Under the pieces are notes generated by a model. It saw only the letters and a program-made list of their open reading frames with translations, was not told the DNA's origin and did not search any database. Both the position numbers and the translations under genes were made by a program. Shown one piece after another: positions 8,248 to 18,300 of a DNA stretch of 52,311 nucleotides (the stretch's first letter is position 1; each line of letters starts with the position of its first letter). The stretch lies in IMG/VR virus record IMGVR_UViG_3300005532_000255, positions 1 to 52,311 of that record; one strand, written 5' to 3'. Source of the DNA: a virus (lineage: Duplodnaviria > Caudoviricetes).

Positions 8248-8724
8248 TCATTTCCGTTTGAGGATCGTTTCCACGGGAGCAGTGGGCGGCCAGAACCGCA
8301 CGCTCGCCCGGAGCCCGCCGGTGCTGGTTTCGTACACCCGGCAGATGGCCGAGATCTTGTCCCACGCCACAGCATCGTGGTCGCTTTCGGACCGCTGTCG
8401 GCCCGGCACGCCGTCGATGGCCGACCATTCCCGATACGTCCAGGGGTGGCTGTGAATGTCTCCAACCAGTTCGGCCCCGGGCTTCCGCGCGTACTCGGCC
8501 GCCGCCGCGATCCATTCGCCTTGCACCTTCACGATCCCCGCCTTACAGAAGTTGTCCGCGCCGTGGGGGAAGCAGATCCCGGTGACCGTGATGATGCGGC
8601 GCGGGCCGGACTTCTGGTCGGTGCCGAGGAGCAGCGCGTACTTTTCGAGCGGAAAGACCGCCTTGGCGGCGCGCTTGAACTGCTCAACGAGCCGGCGCGG
8701 ACACCTGACAACGATGGCTTTCAC
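8248..8724 (-). CDS. JAB/MPN (JAMM) metallo-isopeptidase
   Basis: E(KYALLLG)...VGDIHSHP...SESD = JAMM motif. Confidence 0.8.
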   Translation of the reverse strand: MKAIVVRCPRRLVEQFKRAAKAVFPLEKYALLLGTDQKSGPRRIITVTGICFPHGADNFCKAGIVKVQGEWIAAAAEYARKPGAELVGDIHSHPWTYREWSAIDGVPGRQRSESDHDAVAWDKISAICRVYETSTGGLRASVRFWPPTAPVETILKRK

Positions 8725-9422
8725 GATTGCTTGGGTTTCTGGAGAGCGGTGACGATCTCGTCGTACTTCTCGACGGTGATGTCCTTGGTGGATTCAAAGC
8801 CGTAGACCTCAAGCAGGGCCTTCACGTCGTCATTGGAGCGGCCGTGCTCCCTGGCAATGGCCCACAGGCGCTTGCTCTGGGCCTCGGTGATGGTTCGAGT
8901 GCCAGCCGAGGCGGGCTTCGGCGCGGCCGGAGCACGGCCCTGGGGCGCGCTCTGCGTCTCGCCGCGCCCCTCGGCTGCTTCGCCATCATCTTCTTCGTCC
9001 GGCGCCACCCCAACCATCGACGCCAAGCCGTAGCGGCGCCCATAGGTGATCGCGCTGCCGATCGCCTGGGGCGTGGCCTGGGCAGCGGCCAGGGTCAGGT
9101 CGCCGGCGATCCACTCTCCGCTCTTGTGGAGCAGGATGGTGGTCACCGTGACCCGCTGCGAGCCATCGGCGGAGACCGGCTGCAAAACGGCCAAGCCGTT
9201 CTTGCAGAGCGCTTTCCGGCAGGCCTCCCAGACGCTCGCGAGGTCAGCGTAGCGGGACTTGAAGTGCGGATTCAGCGAGTCCTTGCTGGCCGCCTCGATT
9301 TCATTCTGCGCCAGCGCCAGCGCCGCGCCCAGTTGCGCCAACTGGTCCGAGTGGCGGACCTTCCCGCCCGCAGGCCCGGCCTGCGGCAGCGTGGCGAACG
9401 TGATGTTGTCTTCTTCTGTCAC
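8721..9422 (-). CDS. erf: ERF-family ssDNA annealing protein
   Basis: KDSLNPHFKSRYADL, QAIGSAITYGRRY, DDDG-like EDDG; GTGA overlap with the upstream gene. Confidence 0.9.
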   Translation of the reverse strand: MTEEDNITFATLPQAGPAGGKVRHSDQLAQLGAALALAQNEIEAASKDSLNPHFKSRYADLASVWEACRKALCKNGLAVLQPVSADGSQRVTVTTILLHKSGEWIAGDLTLAAAQATPQAIGSAITYGRRYGLASMVGVAPDEEDDGEAAEGRGETQSAPQGRAPAAPKPASAGTRTITEAQSKRLWAIAREHGRSNDDVKALLEVYGFESTKDITVEKYDEIVTALQKPKQS

Positions 9423-10069
9423 CGTTTTCCGATCCTTTCTTTGATCTTCTTGTCGAGCTCGTAGGCACGCCGGAGGGACAAAAACATCTCCCAAGCGTCA
9501 TCCAGCTCGGCGAAGAACCGCGCCTCGAAGTCGGGGTGCTGCTTGCTGAAGCGCACGAGCTGGAAACCCTCAATGGGTTCTTGCGGGTGATGTTCGTTCC
9601 AGAGCCCCCCGTAGGCTGCGAGTTGGAGCAGATACTCGCCGTAGACCGCGTTGGATGTCTTCCAGTCGCCCAGCAGCCGTCGGCCACCAACGAGGATCAC
9701 ATCGAGCGTTCCGCCGTACCGGTGCTGCTCCGAAACAAGCTGAACCTCGGTCGCCAGCGGCTCGAGCTTGGTCTGCGCGGCCCACTCGCGGTACGTCGCG
9801 TAGGCATGGCGCGCTTTGCTCTCCACGTCATCGGGCACGTCCGGCATCACGAACGGCCGCCCGTGGATTTCGGCCTCCACCATGGCGTGGGCGATGGTTC
9901 CGGCGTCCGCTGCGGCCTGGCGCGTCTCGCGATAATCCCGGCCGGCACGGCCCTCCTCCCAGGCCCAGTGCATCAACGGGCCGGCGTCCTTGAAGCGGCC
10001 GAGAATCGTGGTCACGCCCGGCACACGCGTGCCGTCGGCGAGGAAATACCCTTGCTTGGGTGTCGGCAT
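9419..10069 (-). CDS. PD-(D/E)XK exonuclease (recombination partner of ERF)
   Basis: PGVTTIL, GTIAH, YGGTLD, DWKTS, QLAAY. Confidence 0.88.
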   Translation of the reverse strand: MPTPKQGYFLADGTRVPGVTTILGRFKDAGPLMHWAWEEGRAGRDYRETRQAAADAGTIAHAMVEAEIHGRPFVMPDVPDDVESKARHAYATYREWAAQTKLEPLATEVQLVSEQHRYGGTLDVILVGGRRLLGDWKTSNAVYGEYLLQLAAYGGLWNEHHPQEPIEGFQLVRFSKQHPDFEARFFAELDDAWEMFLSLRRAYELDKKIKERIGKR

Positions 10070-10077
10070 CAGCTTCT

Positions 10078-10923
10078 TTACGCCGCCCGCCTCAGGACCG
10101 TGGTCTTAATGGGCGGCAGGGGATAGAGGATCTTCTGGACCCGCACGGGGTCGTCGCCTCGCCGCTTTGCCCCGCCGTCGATCCAGAGCAGCACCGCGCC
10201 AATGCTCGGCAGCATCCGGTAGGCGCTGTTCCGGCGCATAAATCGCGTCTGGAGCTGCCAGCACGGGGTGATCAGGATGTGTTTGGATTCGTGCTCGACG
10301 TGGACGAAGTAGTGCGCGTGGCTTCGCACGACGGCATCCGCCTTCGGCACCTTGCCCTCTTTGCCGGCCAGGGCGGACCAGACACCCTCGCGGTCTGGAG
10401 ACGTAGCGCGATAGAGGCCGCCCGAGACGCTGATACCGTGGCTGAAGTTCGAGACCACGCCGTCCACTTCGAGGTCGAGCACCTCGCGGCAGTAACGCCC
10501 GGTTCCAGCCCCGACGTAGGGCCGGGCATTGAGCGCGCGTGCGACCACCTCGACCTCCCGTCCCGCCTTGGCATCGTGATACTCAGTCCCCTGGGTGAAG
10601 TACCACTTGGCCGAGCCGGTGTGTTTCCGCAGAAACTTCAAGCAAGCCTCGGCGGCGGCTGCCTGGTCCTCGATCATCGGCAGGCACAGCTCGGTGCCGC
10701 GCTGCGCCTGCTGACGGCCGTCCACCACGTCGCCGTTGACGATCACGCCGGCGATCTTCAGCTTGCCGACGTGCTCTGCGAGCGAGGACCAGCAGGACCA
10801 GAGGTAGGCCTGCCCGGCGTTGGGAGAGACGACCCTGCCATCGGACGTGGTGAAGCCGGGCGGCAGGAGCCCGTAGATGGACCCGCAGTGCAGGTCGCTG
10901 ACTACCAGCAGACATTTCGGCAT
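10078..10923 (-). CDS. Calcineurin-like metallophosphoesterase
   Basis: SDLHCG, NGDVVDG, GTEYH, SHG, RSHAH. Confidence 0.85.
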   Translation of the reverse strand: MPKCLLVVSDLHCGSIYGLLPPGFTTSDGRVVSPNAGQAYLWSCWSSLAEHVGKLKIAGVIVNGDVVDGRQQAQRGTELCLPMIEDQAAAAEACLKFLRKHTGSAKWYFTQGTEYHDAKAGREVEVVARALNARPYVGAGTGRYCREVLDLEVDGVVSNFSHGISVSGGLYRATSPDREGVWSALAGKEGKVPKADAVVRSHAHYFVHVEHESKHILITPCWQLQTRFMRRNSAYRMLPSIGAVLLWIDGGAKRRGDDPVRVQKILYPLPPIKTTVLRRAA

Positions 10924-11132
10924 TACTCGATCCGCCTTTCGATGTTGTCGAGACGCCGGACCAGCTCATCCCACTCGCGGCGAAAGACGTAGCGGCCGTT
11001 CAGCTCTTTGAGGAGTTGAAGCTGGAACATGGCGAAGTCGCTCCGCATGCGCGCGGAGATGGCCCCGGTAACCAGCGGCGCCAGGATCGCGGCCACGGCG
11101 ATCAGCAGCTCGAGGACGTTGTGCAAGGCCAC
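10923..11132 (-). CDS. Small membrane protein (1 TM plus coiled coil), lysis-module-like
   Basis: LLIAVAAILAPLVTGAI, then YVFRREWDELVRRLDNIERRIE. Confidence 0.55.
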   Translation of the reverse strand: MALHNVLELLIAVAAILAPLVTGAISARMRSDFAMFQLQLLKELNGRYVFRREWDELVRRLDNIERRIE

Positions 11133-11353
11133 TGGGTCCCTCCGTTCCCGTTGCGCTTGGTCCCGCTCAGAGCCGTGGTGAGGCCCGTGAGGAGGCCGCC
11201 GGCGATGACAGTCCAGAAGTTCTGGCGCATGCCGGAGTCGAACACCGCTTCCGGCTTCCAGATCGTGGCGGCCGCGATGAAGATCAGCACCGTGGCGGTC
11301 AGGATCGCCAGGATGAAAATGGTCGCACCTAGACACTCCAGGTTGTGAAACAT
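11102..11353 (-). CDS. Putative holin (2 TM)
   Basis: GGAGG RBS; two hydrophobic segments; directly after the last tail gene. Confidence 0.55.
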   Translation of the reverse strand: MFHNLECLGATIFILAILTATVLIFIAAATIWKPEAVFDSGMRQNFWTVIAGGLLTGLTTALSGTKRNGNGGTQWPCTTSSSC

Positions 11354-11379
11354 GGGTCGAACCTCCCGGATTTGAATGT

Positions 11380-14300
11380 CTAAAGCAGGCGCACGCGGCG
11401 CCGATGAACGGGCAGCCTCGGATTCCAGCCCATCAGGTGGATGTGGTCGTTGGCCCAGAAGCCGACGCGCGCCAGGGCCTCGTCCGCCGCGAACAGGTAT
11501 TCCCGCTCCCAAGGACAGCCGCCGTTGAACCAGGAAACCAGGTAACCGAGCTTGGACTTGGGCCAGGTCCGGCCGCCGGTGTAGAAGAACTGGATCGCTT
11601 GCCTGGCCTTATCGAGGTTGCGCTCGACGGCTCCGAACGACAGCGCCTCGCAGAGCATGAAGTCGAGGCCGGACCCGGCGTCCGTCTCCCACTCCGTCGG
11701 CAGGTTCACATAGCGGTTGAGCCGCCTGACGCCCGGCTCATTCACATCGTAGGGCCACAGAAGCTCGAATTGGGCGGCCGGATAAGTTGCCTTGACGTAT
11801 GTTCTGATATCGGAACAAAAGTCCCAAAGTCTGTTCCGCGGGAAGTTGGCATCCGCGTAAGCGTTGACGCTCGGATCGTCATTCGGCCCGGTGAACACGT
11901 GAAGCGCCCGCCCGAGGGCCGCGTTCGCGTCGGCCTTCGTCTTGGTGTCGTAGAACGCCATCGACGCGGGCGAGCCGCCGGCGAAGAACCACCACACGGT
12001 CTCGCCGTGCTGCAACCAGATTGGCAGCGTCGCCGCGCTCATGAAGTCCGCCATCTCCTTGTAGGCGGCCTTCAGGTAATCGCGGACCACCGGGTTGAAA
12101 GCGCAGTGGGTGGTCTTCAGGTTCCGCATCACCGTGTCACCAACGGAGGGTGCAGTGCCCGGTCCGGCCGTCAGCGTCGTCAGGTCAAACTTGTTGGCGT
12201 CGAACCGCGTGATGGTCCACGTGCTGCCCGCGATGTTTACCGAGTCGCCGGTGTCATAGCCGTGGGCCGTCAAGGTCACCCGGCTTGGAGTCCCGCTGAT
12301 CGCCTCGACCTTGCCCTTGCCCTCAGTTCCGAAGCCGGTCGCCGTCTTCACTTGGGTGCCGTCGTCGAATCGGGCGGCCCAGTCTTGTGAAGCGCTCGGG
12401 TCGTCCGGCGGATTGAGAAGCTCCATCGAGAACGCGGTGACGCACTCGTAGCCCTTGCTGGCCAGCTCGGCGAAGTACTCCTCGTGCCACTTCTTCGCTG
12501 CGACGTTGATCACCGGCGCGGCGTCCTGGTCGATGATCCAGACCCCTTCCGTCCCGTGCCTCAGGTCCCCGCCGTCGTCGGTCATCGTGCCGTTCGTCGA
12601 GTTTTTCGAGTACGAGAACGTGAAGTCGTACAGCGGGTCCCGGCTGGTGATCGTTAGTTCGCCACCGGAAGCAGACGCCCACGCGCCGATGAACAGCTCG
12701 TTGATGAAAGATTTGAAGTGAGCGGCGATCGTGGAGGTGGTATCCGCCGGGAAGATGCTCTTCCCCATCGTGATCCCGCCGATGGTAATGAAGGCCTCGT
12801 CCCCGGAAGCCCAGGCGCCGCCGAACGTGACCTTCACCGAGTGGAACTTGCCGCCCCGGCGCACCCGCTTGTTCCAGAAGAAGACGCCGGCGTAATGGTC
12901 GATGCGCCCCACGATCCCCAGCCGCTCGATGCCCCAAGCCAGCCTCTGCGGGGAGAGCTGGTAACCGTTGTCCGTATCGTAGTCGGTCGAGATGAAGCGG
13001 TTCGAGTAGGTCTGGGCCGGGTCCTGCACGTCGTCGGGGACCGCCGCATCCAGGAAGTCGAAGTACACCCAGTAATCGCTGGAGCCGGCGTTCTTCGTGC
13101 CCTTGACGCGGATCTCTACGGTGTGCGCCCCCGCCGCCACGTTGCTTCGGACCTTGCGCCGCGTTACCACCTCCGGCTCGGCATTGAGGTAGGTGTCGAG
13201 GTCGGTTTCCGCGTCCCCGTCGAGCCTGATGCCAGCGATGCCCCTATCCTTATATAGGGCGGTTCCCACGTAGAGATCGTGCGAGTATTGGCAGTGGTAC
13301 TGGACGGTGATTTTGTCGCCCGGGGTCTTGGATCGCTTCAGGAATCCACGCGAGTAGTAGATTCCATCCTGGAGCTGCCAACCGGAGCCTGTGTAGGTGG
13401 ACCACGAATCCCGGCTGCCCACCCGAACGCTCTTTGCCGGGTGGGCGATCTTCAGGTTGCGCCTGCCGCTCGGGTCCGTGACGGTCCAGTTAGTGAAGAC
13501 TGCACTCCACTCCTGGGGCGTGTACGCCGCGCCGTCTGCCAGCAAGGGCGCGAAGGTCAGCCAAAGCTGCCGGAGGCTGGCGAGGCCCAGGTTGCTGAAG
13601 TCAATCTTGATGCGCCATTTGGTTGCGGAGTCGCCGCCGGCCAGCTTCGCCGAGGTCGCCGGCGTGAAGTAGAGGTTCGTGTTCTTGTGCAGCTCGTAGA
13701 CTTCGATGTGGTTCGCGCCGACGCCGCCGCGCTCGGCCAGGTACTTCACGTCCGTTTGCGTGCCGGCGCTGCTCGATAGCGTGACCTGGGTCTGGCTGTC
13801 CACGGTCGATACCGTGTAGTTGACGCCGTTGATCCGAATGGCGGCGCCAGCGGCCATCCCTGTGAACTTGTCGCCGGAGCGCCAGGTGATCGTGGTCCCG
13901 CTGGTGTCCACCTTCCCGTACCGGGCGGCCTTGATCGTCAGATCTGTGCCGGAACTGCTGGCCATCAGCGCGTAGGGCATCCCGACCGCCGGCCAGTTGG
14001 TGTCGTTGATCTGGTCCCGGATCTCATCCACCACCTGGGAGGCCGTCTCCGGCGGGTCCGAGACGATCTTGTCAAAAGCCAGGTTGCCGTACCACAGAGT
14101 CACGCGGTCGAACGCAACCGGCGTGCCGTTCAGGGTGAAGGTCCGCGAGGCGACTCCGAACGTTCCGCCCTGCTTGGCGGCGTGATCCCACAGGGGGATT
14201 GTCCCGCTCGCGCCGTCGCTCTTGATGTAGCTGAGGCTGCGCCAGGGAATCCACTCGAAGCGCGGGTCGTCGATGGGCTGGAGGTTGGTGACTTCCAGGT

Positions 14301-14544
14301 CGAAGTCCAGCACCATGTCCGCGAAATCGTCGTCCGGCAGGTATTTGAAGTAGTAGTGCTCGTACTTGTTGTCCCGGTCCCAGAGCATCAGGACACAGAA
14401 GTCGCTCGGCGTCACGAAGTATCCGGAAACAGCGAACCCGGTGTCGCTTGCTCCATGGAGAGCCGCCGCCGCGCCGCGCCCGTCGAAGCCACGCAGATGA
14501 AGCGTGCGGTTAGGCTGGAGTTTCTTGACGATCTCTATCGCCAT
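11380..14544 (-). CDS. Large tail protein with C-terminal glycoside-hydrolase-like TIM barrel
   Basis: About 1054 aa; beta-rich repeats; C-terminal FSMEL, LQHGETVWWFF, FELLWPYDVN motifs; last gene of the tail operon. Confidence 0.65.
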   Translation of the reverse strand: MAIEIVKKLQPNRTLHLRGFDGRGAAAALHGASDTGFAVSGYFVTPSDFCVLMLWDRDNKYEHYYFKYLPDDDFADMVLDFDLEVTNLQPIDDPRFEWIPWRSLSYIKSDGASGTIPLWDHAAKQGGTFGVASRTFTLNGTPVAFDRVTLWYGNLAFDKIVSDPPETASQVVDEIRDQINDTNWPAVGMPYALMASSSGTDLTIKAARYGKVDTSGTTITWRSGDKFTGMAAGAAIRINGVNYTVSTVDSQTQVTLSSSAGTQTDVKYLAERGGVGANHIEVYELHKNTNLYFTPATSAKLAGGDSATKWRIKIDFSNLGLASLRQLWLTFAPLLADGAAYTPQEWSAVFTNWTVTDPSGRRNLKIAHPAKSVRVGSRDSWSTYTGSGWQLQDGIYYSRGFLKRSKTPGDKITVQYHCQYSHDLYVGTALYKDRGIAGIRLDGDAETDLDTYLNAEPEVVTRRKVRSNVAAGAHTVEIRVKGTKNAGSSDYWVYFDFLDAAVPDDVQDPAQTYSNRFISTDYDTDNGYQLSPQRLAWGIERLGIVGRIDHYAGVFFWNKRVRRGGKFHSVKVTFGGAWASGDEAFITIGGITMGKSIFPADTTSTIAAHFKSFINELFIGAWASASGGELTITSRDPLYDFTFSYSKNSTNGTMTDDGGDLRHGTEGVWIIDQDAAPVINVAAKKWHEEYFAELASKGYECVTAFSMELLNPPDDPSASQDWAARFDDGTQVKTATGFGTEGKGKVEAISGTPSRVTLTAHGYDTGDSVNIAGSTWTITRFDANKFDLTTLTAGPGTAPSVGDTVMRNLKTTHCAFNPVVRDYLKAAYKEMADFMSAATLPIWLQHGETVWWFFAGGSPASMAFYDTKTKADANAALGRALHVFTGPNDDPSVNAYADANFPRNRLWDFCSDIRTYVKATYPAAQFELLWPYDVNEPGVRRLNRYVNLPTEWETDAGSGLDFMLCEALSFGAVERNLDKARQAIQFFYTGGRTWPKSKLGYLVSWFNGGCPWEREYLFAADEALARVGFWANDHIHLMGWNPRLPVHRRRVRLL

Positions 14545-14600
14545 TTGAAGGAAGTTGCTCCAGGCGGCAGAGTTGCCGCCTAGCTGGTACAATCTCTCGG

Positions 14601-15227
14601 GTGCTTCACTGGCTGAATCAGAACGCTGGCGCAGTAACCGTCATTGGAACTGTCGTTACCGCTATCGCGACGATCACGTACGTTGTGGTTTCCGTTTTCC
14701 TGTGGCTTGCGACTAGAGACAACGCCAGGGCGGCTAGGGAATCAGCCGATGCCGCACGTCATTCCGCCCTCGTTGGGGAGCAGGCCTTCGAGGCTGCGCA
14801 CAGGCCGTTCCTTGGCGTGTCTGAGCTTAGAGTTCCGACCGCCGACGTACTACAGGAACTTACCGTGACGATGAAAAACTACGGCAGCATCCCTCTCTCT
14901 TTCCAAGACTTTGAGATCGAGGCCGTCGTCGATGTTCCGGCGGCTGCCGCCGAAGAGCGCACCGGGGTTCCAGTCGGTCCCTACCGGCAGAAGTTTACGG
15001 CGAGGGGTCAAGGGTTGATCCTCGCTGGAGAAACAGAGACATTCAATTGCGGTCTGGATCATGCGTGGCTGTTTGAGATAATTCGTGATGGTTCCGCCAC
15101 GCTCCGAATCGACGTGGTGTTTCGCTACAAGAGCATTGCTACTGGCAAAGAGTACGAATGGCGGTCGTTCCATCGGTACGACTCTCCCCGAGGGATCTTC
15201 CTGGTCGAGCGCGCTAGCATGACCTAA
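14601..15227 (+). CDS. Membrane-anchored hypothetical protein (moron), probably leaderless
   Basis: N-terminal TM then beta-rich domain; TGGTACAAT (14585-14593) 7 nt before the GTG. Confidence 0.7.
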   Translation: MLHWLNQNAGAVTVIGTVVTAIATITYVVVSVFLWLATRDNARAARESADAARHSALVGEQAFEAAHRPFLGVSELRVPTADVLQELTVTMKNYGSIPLSFQDFEIEAVVDVPAAAAEERTGVPVGPYRQKFTARGQGLILAGETETFNCGLDHAWLFEIIRDGSATLRIDVVFRYKSIATGKEYEWRSFHRYDSPRGIFLVERASMT

Positions 15228-15331
15228 GGCGGCGCCAGAGTGTCCAAGGCGCGACACGCTTTTTATCTCAAGGCTTGACAGACTGCCCCGCGCGGGCAAG
15301 AGGCGCAAGCGTCAGCCAGTCTAGCATTCGT

Positions 15332-18300
15332 TCATAGGCGAATCGACACCACCAAGCGCCTGCCTGGATCTGTGGTTCCGACAGCAGTGATATCCAGCGT
15401 GATCCCGTCGTCCCGAGCCAGCGGCCCCAATGCCCGACCGCTTGGTGCGCCCGCCGCCGAGGTCTGCCCGTCCGCGACAGCCAGCCTGCACCACATCGTT
15501 CCATTGCGGTTCACGGTGATCCGAATCGGCCCGCCGGTGGGAGCCTCCTGGACCGCGGCAGACACATACCAGACGGCGGCAGGGAACGGCATCGAAAATC
15601 CAGGCGCTGCGTTGCTCTCGATAGATAGCGTTCCCTCGACCTCCAGGTCGATCTGGCCCCCTAACAGTGTCCGGGTCGTCGTCTGGAGCAGGTCATACTG
15701 CCTGGTCGGAGAGTTTCCAAGGGCATTAGTCAGATAACCCTGCACCGCGACGATCCGCGCATTGGGCAGCGTCACCGTCTGCCGCCAGTCCCCGGATTCC
15801 GGCTGAGCGAAAAATCCTGGGCGGAACGCGGCCGTGGCGAGGATGTCGAGGACGCGGTAGAGGCGGGAGCCGGCAATCGATCCACCCGAGACATAGTTTC
15901 CGCTGCCGCTCGATCCGGCCAACTCGAACGAATCACCGCTCGGCGAGTTGACGATGTCCCAGTTGCCGTTTGCGGCGTCATTGCCCAGCACGCCCGATAT
16001 TTCGACCACGTCGTTGATCCGCCGGAGATGCGAGGCTGCTGTGATCACAATAGGCGTCGCATTGCTTGCCCCGGTGATGGTCTTTGGTCCGGCATGCGCC
16101 GCCGCAACCGAGCCAAGCTGGGCGCGCAGCACGGTGATTGTGTTATTGGCCGGGTCCGCCGCCGTTACGGTGATTGTTTCGCGATCAATGACGTACGAGG
16201 CCCCTGCTGAGAAAGCAGAGGCATCATCCACCTGCCAGGTTGTCGCAGCGGAATCGATATCGGCGGCCAGCCTCCCAGTCGGCGCGGAGGTCTCGTCGAA
16301 ATGGAAGATCCTGAACGTGCCCGCGAAAATCGAATGGGTATTATTGAGGTCTTCAAACCCGAGCCCCAGAATGTCGAGCGTCCCTTTTCCGTGCGTGCTG
16401 ATGCCGAATCCTGGCAGAGGCGGCGCGGCGATGTCTCCCAAAGGATCGCCTGGCGCCGGGGCGGCCGGCACGTCGGCGGGTTTTGGCCCGGCCACTATGT
16501 CATACATCGAGTCAGTCGTCGTGCGGCCCTGGATGTCGATGGAAAAATCTTTGTTCAACCGCCACGAGGTGACGCGGAACTCGCCCGAACCGCCCGGCAT
16601 GTCCGGGTGGGTCATCGAGCAGACCATGCCCGGCTCGGTGTTCAGAGCCAAAACGGTTGTGCGGAATGCGATCTGCCGCGCCGCCTTCCATTCCGCCGGC
16701 GTGATGCCGCCAAGCTCCTCGCGCAGACGCGTCGTGATGATGCGCGCGGCCTGAGACTTGCTGGCTGTACCTGAGAGGTTGACGTTGGACTTCAGGAACA
16801 GGGGCGAGACAGCGCCGCCGATCAGCTTCGCGTGGTCGATGTCATAGAGGCTGATCGAGTTGTTGACGAACTGGAACTCCTCGTCGGCGAAATTCGCTGT
16901 CAGATGATTAAACGAAGGCCGAACGGGCGCAAGCTGGAGGCTCTCGAACAGAATATTTCCGACCGTGAAGGCCTCGACCGCCGACGAATTGGCCCTGACA
17001 CCTAACTTCAGCTTGCCAAAGGCAAAGGTGTAGTAGCCCAGGCAGTTCATCAGAACTTCCTGAATCCAGTCCCGCAGGGGTTTCTCTTCCTGGAGGATGC
17101 CCCGGAACTTGAACTGCGTCTCCAATCCCGTTCCTACGAGCCTGTCAACCTGCTGGTCGCAGATCGCAGCGGCCGCTACGGCCGCATCCACGTCGAAGTG
17201 CTGCTCGGCGGTGTCGGCATCAGCGAAGCGCAGGCCTCGCGCCCGGAGCAGCATGTTGATGGCGATCCAGACGGGGTTGGTCAGGATCTGCTGCGAGCGA
17301 ACGCCGGGCGCCGTCCAGACCCAGCCGCTTAGCCCCAGCTGGACGACGGCCTGCATCGCATGATCGCCAGGCCTTGAGAGCTGCAAGCCTTTCGCATCGC
17401 TGCGCCGGATCACAATAAATGCGGTGCCTGCGGCGAAATTGTCCTTGTAGGTGGAATCGCCCGAGTAGACCTTGCGCCAGTCGCCGCCGGTCTGGTCGCC
17501 CGACTGGTCGAGCGAGAAGAAGTCGGTGTCGCCCGCCGGATCGCTCCCCAGATAAGTCCGAAGGCCCAGATTACTCGACGGCCAGCCGTGGTGCGCCTGG
17601 CCATCGAGGGTGCTGCCGACAAATGTTTCGGCATTGCCGTCGCCGTCCCGGTCCTCGTAGTGTGCATCCGTGTAGGCTCCCAGCGGCCCTTCGCCCACGA
17701 TCCCGAGCGCTTCGTAAAAGTCAGACTCGTCGCGGCCGGCGGCGATTTTGCAGTTCACCGGCATTTCGCTGTCGGTATAGACCTCCGGGACCACCTCGTC
17801 ATAGATCGAGTCCGCAACCAGGGAAACACTCGTGACAACGGACCGGCCGAATCCGAACACGCCGGTTGAGTTGTCTTTGATGCGCACGGCCTGCGGCTCG
17901 GCGAGGATCCCGCCGAAGTAGCGCTTCATGCCGTGGGCGAGGCACCCGTTCGGGGTCTCGTAGCCCTTGTCGCAGGAGAACGGACTGGCGCCGCGGAAGT
18001 GCGTCACGTCGAGCCCGCCCTGCTGCGAGTACGGGCAGCCCTGGCCCTGGCCATCGTTGAACTGCTTCCAGCAGGTCCGCGAGATGCGACGGGTGGGATA
18101 TGGCAGGTTCAGCTCGTAGATGCCATCGGCGGCCCGGATGCGGAACTCGGGGCCCGAGTCGAACGACCAATCGACGATGTCTCCCTTCCAGAGATCCAGT
18201 TTGATCCCGGTCCCGACGTGAAACAAGCTGAACTCGATGGATGCCCGGAACAGGTCCACGTCATTGGCGAGATCGCGCATGACCCGATCCGCGTTGCCGA

